Source of the DNA: a phage
Sequence record: PX068456.1
DNA: 64,000 bases
Strand: one strand, 5' to 3'
The notes under the pieces were generated by a model that saw only the letters and a list, made by a program, of their open reading frames with translations, was not told the DNA's origin and searched no databases. Both the position numbers and the translations under genes were made by a program. Shown here in pieces: positions 17,977 to 27,315 of this stretch; the first letter of the stretch is position 1, and each line of letters opens with the position of its first letter.

Positions 17977-18167
17977 TGTTCCTTATTTATTCAGGTAAAG
18001 CCAAATACATGCAAGGTGTGAAGCGTGTAGAAGTAGTAGATACTGTAACTATAGGAAAATCCTTTATTCTTTATTTGTTTTATATCAATGGAGAAAGATT
18101 TGCTGTTTCTAAGAAGTTGGTAGATAATGGTAAAACTTGGAAAGAAGAGAAACAGGAAGGGGGTTGA
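17976..18167 (+). CDS. hypothetical protein
   Basis: 63-aa ORF, overlapping start and stop. Confidence 0.45.
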   Translation: MFLIYSGKAKYMQGVKRVEVVDTVTIGKSFILYLFYINGERFAVSKKLVDNGKTWKEEKQEGG

Positions 18168-18169
18168 TA

Positions 18170-18511
18170 GTGGCTAAAATTCTTTGGTTAGACGATTTAA
18201 GAGATCCTAAAGATTATGGTTATGAGGATGCCATTTGGTTAAAATCTTTTGAGGATTGGTCATCTTTTGTTTCAGATGAAGATAATTTCAATAATATCTC
18301 AGAGATACACTTCGATAATGATCTTGGAGAAGATCAGGAAGGATATCATGCATTCTTAGACGTAGAATGTATGTTGTATGCGGGTGAATGGGATGCTCTT
18401 AAAACTATCTATGTCCATACATCAAACCCTTCTGCTGCTGGTAAATATATGTTAGCTAAGGAAAATTTTATTTCATCCTATGGTGTTGAAATTAAACGTG
18501 TTAACTATTAA
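18170..18511 (+). CDS. hypothetical acidic protein
   Basis: probable GTG start after aggaaggggg. Confidence 0.45.
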   Translation: MAKILWLDDLRDPKDYGYEDAIWLKSFEDWSSFVSDEDNFNNISEIHFDNDLGEDQEGYHAFLDVECMLYAGEWDALKTIYVHTSNPSAAGKYMLAKENFISSYGVEIKRVNY

Positions 18512-18520
18512 GGAGGTGTT

Positions 18521-18667
18521 ATGCTTTATGTTATTTGGGTAGATGAAGGGGATGGGTTTTATATATACAAACACACTAACCATTGGCCCGATGTAGAAAA
18601 AGCACTTGCAACTTTTGAAGATTGCTTTTACGATATACATACAGACGAAGAGTATGAAGAAAATTGA
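18521..18667 (+). CDS. small hypothetical protein (48 aa, below the ORF-track cutoff)
   Basis: aggaggtgttATG, fills the gap between neighbours. Confidence 0.4.
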   Translation: MLYVIWVDEGDGFYIYKHTNHWPDVEKALATFEDCFYDIHTDEEYEEN

Positions 18668-19026
18668 TGTGCACTACTAATCAACATGATATTTGTTACC
18701 AACCTCTTACTTGGATTGGTGAGGATCACTATGCTCAACGTGTTATAGTCTGCGCTGCGAATAAGTATATTCTCAACAATGGCGAAGAGTTAATTATTCC
18801 TTGTGTTAGGCATGCAAATCCTGTACTATCTGCACAACTTAATGTTTTAAAAGATGCAGGATTGATTGGTAAACTGTTTTGCTTACCTGATAATCAAGGG
18901 TTTATTGATCAGTATTATAACTGGTGGAGTCGCAAAGATGCTTATATCATTGCAGATAACGCCAAACAAATTAACTACGAAAGAAATGGTCACGACAGTG
19001 AACTATTCAGCGAGGGATTATACTAA
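18664..19026 (+). CDS. hypothetical protein
   Basis: 120-aa ORF, ATGA overlaps. Confidence 0.5.
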   Translation: MMCTTNQHDICYQPLTWIGEDHYAQRVIVCAANKYILNNGEELIIPCVRHANPVLSAQLNVLKDAGLIGKLFCLPDNQGFIDQYYNWWSRKDAYIIADNAKQINYERNGHDSELFSEGLY

Positions 19027-19577
19027 TGTTTATTACAAGTGATTTGCATTTTATGCACAAACGTATCCGAGAGTTTGCTCCTGAATATCGCCCGTGGGAA
19101 GATATGGAGCATATGACAGAAGCACTGATCGAAGCATGGAATAAATGTGCCACAACACCAGGAGTAAAGATGTACCATCTTGGGGACTTCTGTTTCGGGA
19201 CTGAAGAAGATACCCGTAAGATTGCTTCCCGTCTCCAAGGGGATATTACTTACTGTGTTGGGAACCATGATTACAGTAAACACCGAGAAGTGCTTGCAGA
19301 ATATGGCGAGGTGGTGTATTATGATGAAGTGAAATATCAGAAACTGTTCTTCGTCTTAAGCCATTACCCTATGGCTTCCTGGAATAAACAAGGGCATGGA
19401 TCAATCATGCTACACGGGCACTCTCACGGATCATTCCCTGATCATTTGTATGGGAGAATGTTGGATGTTGGTTGGGACGCACACGGAAAAATCTTGCATT
19501 TTGACGAAATCATCTCTATTATGGATAAGCGTGATATTGTTGTTGTAGACCATCATAAGATAATCAAAGGAGATTAA
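19026..19577 (+). CDS. metallophosphoesterase (calcineurin-like phosphatase)
   Basis: metal-binding motifs GDFCFG and VGNHDY, His-rich C-terminus. Confidence 0.7.
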   Translation: MFITSDLHFMHKRIREFAPEYRPWEDMEHMTEALIEAWNKCATTPGVKMYHLGDFCFGTEEDTRKIASRLQGDITYCVGNHDYSKHREVLAEYGEVVYYDEVKYQKLFFVLSHYPMASWNKQGHGSIMLHGHSHGSFPDHLYGRMLDVGWDAHGKILHFDEIISIMDKRDIVVVDHHKIIKGD

Positions 19578-19578
19578 G

Positions 19579-20511
19579 GTGGCTAAGTTCAATTGTGATG
19601 ACCTGATTGCAAAAGGTTTAGTGCATAAAAAAGAAGTTAAATCTGGAGAGTATGCTGGTCTTGCTGTACTTAAATACAAAAACAATGTATTCTGGGACAA
19701 CTTGTGGGACGTAGACAAACGCCTTCTAGATTGTCGTGGGTTGGTTGTTGACTCAGAAGACAATGTTGTTATTTGGCCTTTTACTAAAATCTTTAATCGT
19801 TTTGAGAATGGTACAGATCTTCCAGCAGACCATCTTGTAGATGCTGTCCGTAAAGTAAACGGTTTTATGGCATCTGTAGGTGTGTACAAAGGGCAACTTA
19901 TTGTATCAACAACAGGGAGCCTAGAGTCAGATTTTGCAATTCTTGCCAAGAACCATATTGTTTCCGAGTGTGATGACATAGAATATTTCATTAAGTGGAC
20001 AGAAAGTGCAAAAGCAACTTTCCTTTTTGAAATCTGTGATCCTTCTGATCCACATATTGTTGAAGAAGAACCAGGCGCATACTTAATTGGAGCAAGGATT
20101 CAAAATCCTGATGGGACAAGTTTCATGCTACCCGAAGGTGTGCTTGATGGGATTGCATCTATTACAAAATTTAAACGTCCTGAAGTTTATCCGATGATTA
20201 AATTTTCAGATGTTGTTGAAATGTCTAAACATTGTAAGCACGAAGGGTTTGTTATTCGTGAAACAAACTATCCGTTTAACTTGCTGTTAAAGATTAAGTC
20301 ACCATATTATCTTGCTAAGAAATTCCTTATGCGTGGTGGCAATAAGAAGTGGGATATGATTTGGGACAACCCAAAAAATGCTAAACAAATTGTTGACGAA
20401 GAATATTATACTTTGCTAGAATGGCTTCGAAACAACTTTACTAAGACTCAATGGGCTGCTTTAGATCCACAAGAGCGACGTAAAGAAATAGAAAACTTCT
20501 TTGGAGGCTAA
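19579..20511 (+). CDS. Rnl-family ATP-dependent polynucleotide ligase, probable RNA ligase
   Basis: GTG start after aaggag; nucleotidyltransferase motif I KVNGF and motif V EGFVIRE. Confidence 0.55.
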   Translation: MAKFNCDDLIAKGLVHKKEVKSGEYAGLAVLKYKNNVFWDNLWDVDKRLLDCRGLVVDSEDNVVIWPFTKIFNRFENGTDLPADHLVDAVRKVNGFMASVGVYKGQLIVSTTGSLESDFAILAKNHIVSECDDIEYFIKWTESAKATFLFEICDPSDPHIVEEEPGAYLIGARIQNPDGTSFMLPEGVLDGIASITKFKRPEVYPMIKFSDVVEMSKHCKHEGFVIRETNYPFNLLLKIKSPYYLAKKFLMRGGNKKWDMIWDNPKNAKQIVDEEYYTLLEWLRNNFTKTQWAALDPQERRKEIENFFGG

Positions 20512-20916
20512 ATGAAACAACTTATCATTTTACGTGGTGTTTCAGGTGCAGGTAAATCTACAGTAGCAGAAATTATTTCTGAAGGTTATTGGCCTATCTG
20601 TGAGGCAGATCAATATCATTACACAGAAAGTGGTGTTTACGATTGGAAGCCAGAGAATGTAGGTAAAGCACACGCATGGTGTCAGAGTATTGTTCGTGAT
20701 GCTATGGCATCTAATATTAAAAAGATTATTGTCTCTAACACTTCAACCACAGAGAAAGAACTTAAACCTTATTTAACTCTTGCTGAAGAGTTTGGTTATC
20801 AAGTTATCTCCTTAGTTGTTGAAAATAGGCACGGTAACGACTCAATTCATGAGGTTCCACAACATATTCGTGATCAGCAAGAGAAACGTCTTCGCAGTTC
20901 ACTTAAGCTACAATAA
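20512..20916 (+). CDS. P-loop polynucleotide kinase-like protein
   Basis: N-terminus MKQLIILRGVSGAGKST resembles the T4 Pnk kinase domain. Confidence 0.6.
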   Translation: MKQLIILRGVSGAGKSTVAEIISEGYWPICEADQYHYTESGVYDWKPENVGKAHAWCQSIVRDAMASNIKKIIVSNTSTTEKELKPYLTLAEEFGYQVISLVVENRHGNDSIHEVPQHIRDQQEKRLRSSLKLQ

Positions 20917-20925
20917 GGAGAGTGT

Positions 20926-21246
20926 ATGGAAATTTATTCTGGTGAAGGTAAGTATTTTACAGTAGTCGATAATGGTGAAATTATTATTTATCGCTACGGA
21001 AGTGAGTGGAGGAACGAGACAGGAGACGGCTATATCTTATCTTTGCTCCGTTTGATTAATGATCTTACGGAAGAACTTGAAGAAACAAAACGTTCATATG
21101 ATGATCAAGTCGATTCATTAGAAAACATTATTTCAGATCTAAATGAAGAAGTTTGTTATTTGAGTGGACAAGTTTCAGAGTTAACACTGGAATGTGAAGA
21201 TTTAGGTGATGTTATTGCAGATTTAAATGAACGTCTTAAGGATTAA
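20926..21246 (+). CDS. hypothetical coiled-coil protein
   Basis: 106-aa ORF with aaggagagtgtATG. Confidence 0.5.
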   Translation: MEIYSGEGKYFTVVDNGEIIIYRYGSEWRNETGDGYILSLLRLINDLTEELEETKRSYDDQVDSLENIISDLNEEVCYLSGQVSELTLECEDLGDVIADLNERLKD

Positions 21247-21249
21247 TAT

Positions 21250-21474
21250 ATGAGTACAGCTATCTATGTTAAAGGTGTAAGCGAAGATCAACAAATGTTA
21301 TTCTCATTTGGTGAGAATACTGAAATGGAAGATATGTTTAATGATATCCTTGATGCCCTTTCTTCGGAAGGGTTCACAATGATTACATACTTTATGGCAA
21401 CATCTTCTGAATACGTTGATACAGATCTTGAAGACTTGATGGAAGAGATTCAAACTCTTGTGTATAATTGGTAA
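21250..21474 (+). CDS. hypothetical acidic protein
   Basis: 74-aa ORF. Confidence 0.45.
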   Translation: MSTAIYVKGVSEDQQMLFSFGENTEMEDMFNDILDALSSEGFTMITYFMATSSEYVDTDLEDLMEEIQTLVYNW

Positions 21475-21482
21475 GGGTAACT

Positions 21483-21671
21483 ATGACATTTATTGAAGAA
21501 CTAACGAGAATTGCAAACGCACCTAACAGTAGCGAAGATCCTTACTTTATGGTAGATGATTACACTGGTGGTAATATTGATGATGCCTATGAACTAGGCA
21601 GACTACACGGTGAAATTGAAATGGCTAAATGGGTTCTTTCGCAACTGGAGGTTAAAGATGAAACAAACTAA
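21483..21671 (+). CDS. hypothetical protein
   Basis: start moved to the ATG (MTFIEEL...) downstream of the track start. Confidence 0.45.
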   Translation: MTFIEELTRIANAPNSSEDPYFMVDDYTGGNIDDAYELGRLHGEIEMAKWVLSQLEVKDETN

Positions 21672-22773
21672 TCCTACACTATATGGTAAAACTTCTACAG
21701 GTAAAATTAAACAGTGGTCAGTCTATACCGAAGGTAGTGTTGTAACTGTTGCTCATGGTCAATTAGGTGGAAAGATTACTAGCAAATCTTATACAGCAGA
21801 ACCTAAAAATATTGGTCGCTCAAATGAAACAACAGCAGAAGAACAAGCTGAAATCGAAGCTCTTGCCAAATGGACAAAGCAACTTAAGAATGGGTATTAT
21901 AAAACAAAAGAGGAAGCTGAAAACCATGTTCCTTCCACACCCATGAAATGTCAGGATTATAAAGATTATGCTGATCGTGTTTTGTTCCCAGGTTATGCAC
22001 AGTATAAATTGAATGGTCTACGTTCAATGATTAACATGCAAGGTGAATGCTTATCTAAAGCTGGGGAAGTATATAAACTTCCACCTCACTGGAAAGAAAT
22101 TCCAACCTTCATTAAAGAAGTAGTTGGTCATCCTCTTGACGGTGAAGTTTTTGCTGGTTTGGGTGTCCTTAGCCTTCAACAAATTAATAGTGCGTGGAAA
22201 AAGCATAATACTAACACTCCGCTTCTTAAATACTATGTATATGATGTTCCTGTGCCATCTGTACCATTTGAGAAGAGGGTTGAAGTTTTGGCTGCTCTAA
22301 AAGAAGTTGTTGAAGATAAAGGTTTAGATGAACTTATTTGTGTAGTACATACAGAGTACATTGAAAACCAAGAGCAGTTTGATGCGTTCTATGCAAAAGC
22401 TCTACGTGAGAAAGCTGAAGGTGTTGTGTATCGTAATGCACAAGGTGTTTACGAGTTTGATAAACGTTCTTATGATGTTATTAAACGTAAACCACGTCAG
22501 ACACTTGAAGTTAAGGTGGTAAGTGCAAAACGTGATAAAAATGGTGACGGGGTATTGACAGGCGAGATGGAAAATGGTAAAGTAGTCGAATTCCTGATGC
22601 GTAAGGATTCAGATGAAACCATTAACTATCGTAAAGAAGAAAATGCTTTGACACTTATTGGTCAATTTGTTGAAATTGAGTACGAAGAATTTTCAGACGA
22701 AGGTATTCCTACCAAGCCTGTTGGGGTACGTGTACGTAAGATGATTCCAGGTACTTGGGAACCAGCAGAGTAA
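21658..22773 (+). CDS. ATP-dependent DNA ligase
   Basis: start at the ATG after ggagg (MKQTNPTLYG); motif I KLNGLR, DGEVFAG, motif V EGVVYR. Confidence 0.65.
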   Translation: MKQTNPTLYGKTSTGKIKQWSVYTEGSVVTVAHGQLGGKITSKSYTAEPKNIGRSNETTAEEQAEIEALAKWTKQLKNGYYKTKEEAENHVPSTPMKCQDYKDYADRVLFPGYAQYKLNGLRSMINMQGECLSKAGEVYKLPPHWKEIPTFIKEVVGHPLDGEVFAGLGVLSLQQINSAWKKHNTNTPLLKYYVYDVPVPSVPFEKRVEVLAALKEVVEDKGLDELICVVHTEYIENQEQFDAFYAKALREKAEGVVYRNAQGVYEFDKRSYDVIKRKPRQTLEVKVVSAKRDKNGDGVLTGEMENGKVVEFLMRKDSDETINYRKEENALTLIGQFVEIEYEEFSDEGIPTKPVGVRVRKMIPGTWEPAE

Positions 22774-22782
22774 GAGGTAAAT

Positions 22783-22962
22783 ATGGTATTAGTAACATTT
22801 CTTATGATGTTAATTGCTATTGCAATTATAATGTTAGCCTCGTTTCCAGTGAACAAATGGTACTGCAATTTTTGTAGATTTGTTGTTTTCCTCTGTGCTG
22901 GGGCGTATATGGGCGAATCGGTAGTTCGCATTAGTGTTTTGTTAGAACAATATTTTAAATAA
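22783..22962 (+). CDS. small membrane protein (59 aa, not in the ORF track)
   Basis: taagaggtaaatATG; one or two hydrophobic helices; possible holin-like protein. Confidence 0.4.
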   Translation: MVLVTFLMMLIAIAIIMLASFPVNKWYCNFCRFVVFLCAGAYMGESVVRISVLLEQYFK

Positions 22963-22971
22963 GGAGAAACA

Positions 22972-23694
22972 ATGATCGAGAATTTTTTCAAACAAGTAAA
23001 AGTGGACAATAGCTTCTTTATCAAGGCTGCCGATCAAATTGTTGCTTGGAATGCTAAGGCACGTGGTGGCGTAACCCCAGAATTTACTCAAGAGATGTTT
23101 GAAGCTCAACTTTCTTTTGTACGAGAAGAACTAAAAGAGTTCCAAGCAGCAGCACAGGAAAATGATCACGTTGAATTACTTGATGCAGCAGCAGATATTT
23201 TTGTGGTAGCATCCTATCTGGCGTTTATGTTTTTTGGTAAAGAAGGTGTTGATAAAGCTCTGGAAATGCCGACAGGAGATGTTCTGGCAGAAAACATCTA
23301 CGATGTTATCATTGAATTTGATAAAATGGTAGAAAATGACTTGCAATTTGCCCTAATGTCTCTTACACTTACACGTATGGCACGAGATACTTTGGTGCGT
23401 TCTGTTTATAACGAGAAGAAGGTTATGCGTGAAGTGTTGAATAGCAATGAGTCCAAGTATCCTACCAAGAAGCAACTCCTGGCTATTTGGGAAACTAAGG
23501 ATATTGTTGAAGCTCTTGAAAAAGAGTGTGATGCTATCGAGATGCGAAGCAAAGATCGTGCAGAAGGTTCTTATACTGGAATACATGCTGTATATAACGA
23601 AGTTCAAAAGGTATACGTATTCTTTGATGACAAAGGTAAAATTATGAAGCCATCTACCTTTGTTAAACCTAATATCGCAGCAATCATTGCTTAA
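22972..23694 (+). CDS. MazG-like nucleotide pyrophosphohydrolase
   Basis: EELKEF...E...D..E.LD..AD pattern typical of all-alpha NTP pyrophosphatases. Confidence 0.55.
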   Translation: MIENFFKQVKVDNSFFIKAADQIVAWNAKARGGVTPEFTQEMFEAQLSFVREELKEFQAAAQENDHVELLDAAADIFVVASYLAFMFFGKEGVDKALEMPTGDVLAENIYDVIIEFDKMVENDLQFALMSLTLTRMARDTLVRSVYNEKKVMREVLNSNESKYPTKKQLLAIWETKDIVEALEKECDAIEMRSKDRAEGSYTGIHAVYNEVQKVYVFFDDKGKIMKPSTFVKPNIAAIIA

Positions 23695-23698
23695 GAAA

Positions 23699-23722
23699 TA
23701 AAGCCCCTTCGGGGGCTTATTG
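23699..23722 (+). terminator. rho-independent terminator
   Basis: aagccccttcgggggctt hairpin then T-rich. Confidence 0.55.
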
Positions 23723-23730
23723 GAGGTATT

Positions 23731-24009
23731 ATGTTAACAGCAGAAGATATCTTTAAACACGGTTTGCGTCAGGTAATCAAATCCTTGAAGAATGCAGGTA
23801 TTGAAGATATCACACAGGAAATTGTTGGTTTAGAAAAAGAAGGTAAGAGAACAGAATTTAAGTTTTACACAGAAGAACAGTGGTTGAGTAATCCGCAAAA
23901 CAAAGCTAATGAGGCTGTTAGTCTGTTTGGTAAATCTTATAAAGGATTTAAATATCCTGATCATATTGTCGAATATGATGGTGTAAAATATTTTGTAGTT
24001 GTTATTTGA
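23731..24009 (+). CDS. hypothetical protein
   Basis: 92-aa ORF with ggaggtattATG. Confidence 0.5.
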   Translation: MLTAEDIFKHGLRQVIKSLKNAGIEDITQEIVGLEKEGKRTEFKFYTEEQWLSNPQNKANEAVSLFGKSYKGFKYPDHIVEYDGVKYFVVVI

Positions 24010-24019
24010 GGAGAAAACT

Positions 24020-24904
24020 ATGTTTGCTAAAAATTTCAAATCTTGCGTAACCCTGATTTCTGGTGATGGTCTGTCTATTTCAGCACTGAACACAGTAACA
24101 GACAAACCGCTTGATTTTGTTGTGGCACAGGGGCAACAAGCACATACCATTGGTCTTGTTCGTTTTGAAGATGATGGTTCCTATGTAAAAGTGTTCTCTG
24201 GTTTAGAGGTTATTAAAGTAGGGCAATCTGTTAAGAAAGTTAACAAGAAGAAAGTTAAACGCATTCTTAATGAAAAACTCCAGGAGATGGAACAAGAGTT
24301 TATTGCTGCAAATCCTACTAAAGAGTTCTTCTTGGACAAAGAAAGCAAAAAAGCAATTGAGGCTGATATTGTGTTTTCTTTGCTCCCAGAAACAGAGGCA
24401 GATGATTTCTATAACTATGTTGTTGTAGACACTGAAAACAGTATTACCTATGTTCTTAATGGTACTAAGAAAATTAGTGAAGATATTGCTGTATTTCTTC
24501 GTGAGGTGTTGGGTACTTTCCCAGTTCTGCCGTTTAGTGTACACGAAGAAGCCATTATTAAAGGTTTTGATACCATCTTAGAAGAACATGAAGCTGAACG
24601 ACTGACCCTGGGTAATTATATTAAACTTGAAGATTCGGAAGGTGTGGTTGTATGGAGTAAAGAGTCCCTTTATGAATCTCGTGCAGTAGAACTTATGGAA
24701 GATGGTAAGCACGTTGTTGCCATTGGCCTGGAATATGACGGCTTCGTTAACTTTATTGTTGATAAAGAATTTAAGTTGAGTGGTATTAAATTCCCTAAAT
24801 ACTTTAATGATGAAGAAGGATCTTTTGAAGCATCTGTCCTTCTGTGCTTTAACGAAATCCGTGGTATTATGCAAGACCTTATCAAGTCAACTATTCAAAA
24901 ATAA
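24020..24904 (+). CDS. hypothetical protein
   Basis: start set to the ATG after gaggag (MFAKNFKS...). Confidence 0.5.
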   Translation: MFAKNFKSCVTLISGDGLSISALNTVTDKPLDFVVAQGQQAHTIGLVRFEDDGSYVKVFSGLEVIKVGQSVKKVNKKKVKRILNEKLQEMEQEFIAANPTKEFFLDKESKKAIEADIVFSLLPETEADDFYNYVVVDTENSITYVLNGTKKISEDIAVFLREVLGTFPVLPFSVHEEAIIKGFDTILEEHEAERLTLGNYIKLEDSEGVVVWSKESLYESRAVELMEDGKHVVAIGLEYDGFVNFIVDKEFKLSGIKFPKYFNDEEGSFEASVLLCFNEIRGIMQDLIKSTIQK

Positions 24905-24907
24905 TAC

Positions 24908-24937
24908 TTGACTTACTAATTTAATATGTGTTAATAT
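24908..24937 (+). promoter_or_regulatory. putative sigma70-like promoter
   Basis: TTGACT, about 18-bp spacer, TAATAT. Confidence 0.35.
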
Positions 24938-24978
24938 GCCTACCTACTTAGTTAGGTGGGCTTTTAAGGAGACACACC

Positions 24979-25191
24979 ATGAAAAAACTTCTTGTCTGTT
25001 TACTTCTAGTAATCAGTTCTTATTCTTATGCTGGTCAAATAACTTTAATTAATTCTGGAGAACAAGTTTCTGGAAGTACAAAATACTGTTTTTACTCTAA
25101 TGGTATGTACGACAAGGTTATAGAGGTTTCTGCAAGTCGTCAGTGTCCCTACACACGAACATTCTCAACAGAGAGTTCAGATGATGAATAG
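24979..25191 (+). CDS. small secreted protein
   Basis: N-terminal signal peptide MKKLLVCLLLVISSYSYAGQ. Confidence 0.5.
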   Translation: MKKLLVCLLLVISSYSYAGQITLINSGEQVSGSTKYCFYSNGMYDKVIEVSASRQCPYTRTFSTESSDDE

Positions 25192-25199
25192 GAGGTAAT

Positions 25200-26318
25200 A
25201 TTAGCGGTTACATTTTAATCCAACCGGAAGACCTGCACAAATATGTTGACGAGAATACAATTCTTGCAATAGACTACGATCAAGTGGCGTTCCAAGCGTC
25301 TTCAGCTTTAGAACAAAGAAAAATCCACGCTGTACACAAGTCTTCCGGTAATGTAAAAGAGTTTGAAACAAGAACAGATTTTTGGGGTAAATCTTCAAAA
25401 AATATTGGAGGATGGTTAGGAGCACTTAACGCGCAACGCGAAGCTGCTGGTAAGAAGTTGTTCTCTAGAGAAGATTTTGAAATAAAAGACGTTCAAATAG
25501 TCCCAGATAATATTTCTTTTACGTTTCAAGCTGCAAAGACAAAAATAACCCAGATGATGGATCACCTAAAACTTCAAAAGTATTGCGGTGTCATCGGGGT
25601 AGGAAAAACCTTCCGGCATTCTTTCAAAATGCCAAAAGAATATAAATCAGAACGATCAGATTTAAGACCAATCCATTTATCAGATACTAAAGATTATCTA
25701 GTTGAAAAACATAACGGTGACGTTGTTACTGGTATTGAGGCAGATGATGCTTTAGAAATCTATGGATATGCAGGGTATAAAGCCTACAAGGAAACTGGTA
25801 AGTTTTCTCATATTGTAGCATCTATCGACAAAGATAGCTTGCACACACCAAGTTTACTCTTTAACTTTTATAAAGAGGATGGTGTTTATAAAAATCCTTG
25901 TATTATTCTGATTGATGAATCTATTGGTGATATCTGGATCGTAGAAAAAGGTAAGAAAAAAGAAATTAAGGGTTGGGGTAGTTACTGGTTAGCTTATCAA
26001 ATGCTAATGGGTGATAAGACAGATAGTATTCGACCTTACCAAGATTTCGATGTTAAGTTTGGAGATATTACTTGCTTTAATCTTATTTCCAAATGTAAAA
26101 CACAGGCTGAACTTTTTCAGACAGTTAAAGATCAGTATTATGAATGGTTCCCAGATGGCGTTAAATTTACTTCTTGGGATGGTGAAGAAGTAGAGATGAC
26201 AACTGACGAATGGATAGAGACAATTTTTCAGTTGGTATATATGAAACGTTGGGCGAATGATGAAACAACTTTTGAAAGTATGCTACAAGCATATATTTCA
26301 GAGCAGGAGGAACATTGA
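25200..26318 (+). CDS. flap endonuclease / RNase H (5'-3' exonuclease family), start uncertain
   Basis: 5'-nuclease motif GIEADDALEIYG; N-terminal ILAIDYDQVAF resembles T4 RNase H ICLIDFSQIAL but lies upstream of the track GTG start at 25284; frame opens at 25200 (ATT) just after taggaggtaat. Confidence 0.65.
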   Translation: MSGYILIQPEDLHKYVDENTILAIDYDQVAFQASSALEQRKIHAVHKSSGNVKEFETRTDFWGKSSKNIGGWLGALNAQREAAGKKLFSREDFEIKDVQIVPDNISFTFQAAKTKITQMMDHLKLQKYCGVIGVGKTFRHSFKMPKEYKSERSDLRPIHLSDTKDYLVEKHNGDVVTGIEADDALEIYGYAGYKAYKETGKFSHIVASIDKDSLHTPSLLFNFYKEDGVYKNPCIILIDESIGDIWIVEKGKKKEIKGWGSYWLAYQMLMGDKTDSIRPYQDFDVKFGDITCFNLISKCKTQAELFQTVKDQYYEWFPDGVKFTSWDGEEVEMTTDEWIETIFQLVYMKRWANDETTFESMLQAYISEQEEH

Positions 26319-27277
26319 GTAAATTAACAGACGAACAGAAAGCCTTGATTGTATCTATGAAAGCACAAGGTTATTCTTCGCGTAAGATTGCACAAGAGGT
26401 GTTGGGAAGTTCTACTAAGAAGAGCACAGTAAATGATTACTTAGCTCGTGTAAATTCACCACATCGCGGTGCTCCGCAAGATAAAGGTGGGCCAGTAATT
26501 AAAATTATTGACGTAGAGACAGCACCGGAGATTGTGTATAGCTTCTCACGTTTCAAAGCCTTTATTGCACCTGAACAAGTTATTCGTCGAGGTTACTTGC
26601 TTTCCTATTCATCTGCTGATTTAGAAACAGGAGAAGTAGAAGGTAAGAACCTTAGCAATTACCCTCTGTTTGACATAGATCATACAGATGATTGGGAATT
26701 ATGTCAAGATCTGTGGCACTTGCTTGACGATGCAGATATTGTGATCGCGCACAACGGTATTAAGTTTGATAAGGCTTATATTAACCAACGTTTTGCTTTT
26801 CACGGTATGGAGCCACCATCACACTATGTTGTAATTGATACACTCAAGGCAGCTAAGAAGCAGTTTGCACTACCTTCTAATGCGCTTAAAGAAATGTGTT
26901 TGTATTTTGATACAGAAAACTTTAAACTTGATAATGAAGGTTTTCCTTTGTGGAAAGCATGTTGTGAAGGAGACAGACACGCCTTCTTCCGTATGCAAAC
27001 ATACAACGATGGTGATGTTGTTTCTCTTAGAGATCTTTACATCAAACTTCGTGCGTGGATTCCACAACATCCTAACGTATCTGCATTCTATGACGATGAA
27101 AAACTTCGTTGTCCTCGTTGCGGTAAAGAGCACCTTGAAGTTGTTCCTGGTAAGGTTTACACAACAGCGGTTAGTACATTCCAAGTGCTAAGATGCACAT
27201 CATGTAATAGCCTGTCTCGTGGACGTGTTAATTTGCGTAGCAAAGAGAAGCGTGTAAACACTGTTATTGGAATTTAA
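26315..27277 (+). CDS. DnaQ-like 3'-5' exonuclease with N-terminal HTH and C-terminal zinc ribbon
   Basis: TTG start after aggagg; DEDD-like motifs IIDVETAP, AHNGIKFD, YNDGDV; C-terminal CPRCG...CTSC. Confidence 0.55.
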   Translation: MSKLTDEQKALIVSMKAQGYSSRKIAQEVLGSSTKKSTVNDYLARVNSPHRGAPQDKGGPVIKIIDVETAPEIVYSFSRFKAFIAPEQVIRRGYLLSYSSADLETGEVEGKNLSNYPLFDIDHTDDWELCQDLWHLLDDADIVIAHNGIKFDKAYINQRFAFHGMEPPSHYVVIDTLKAAKKQFALPSNALKEMCLYFDTENFKLDNEGFPLWKACCEGDRHAFFRMQTYNDGDVVSLRDLYIKLRAWIPQHPNVSAFYDDEKLRCPRCGKEHLEVVPGKVYTTAVSTFQVLRCTSCNSLSRGRVNLRSKEKRVNTVIGI

Positions 27278-27280
27278 TAA

Positions 27281-27307
27281 AAAGGGGCGAAAGCCCCTTT
27301 ATTTTTG
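27281..27307 (+). terminator. rho-independent terminator
   Basis: aggggcgaaagcccct hairpin plus T run. Confidence 0.6.
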
Positions 27308-27315
27308 GAGGATTT

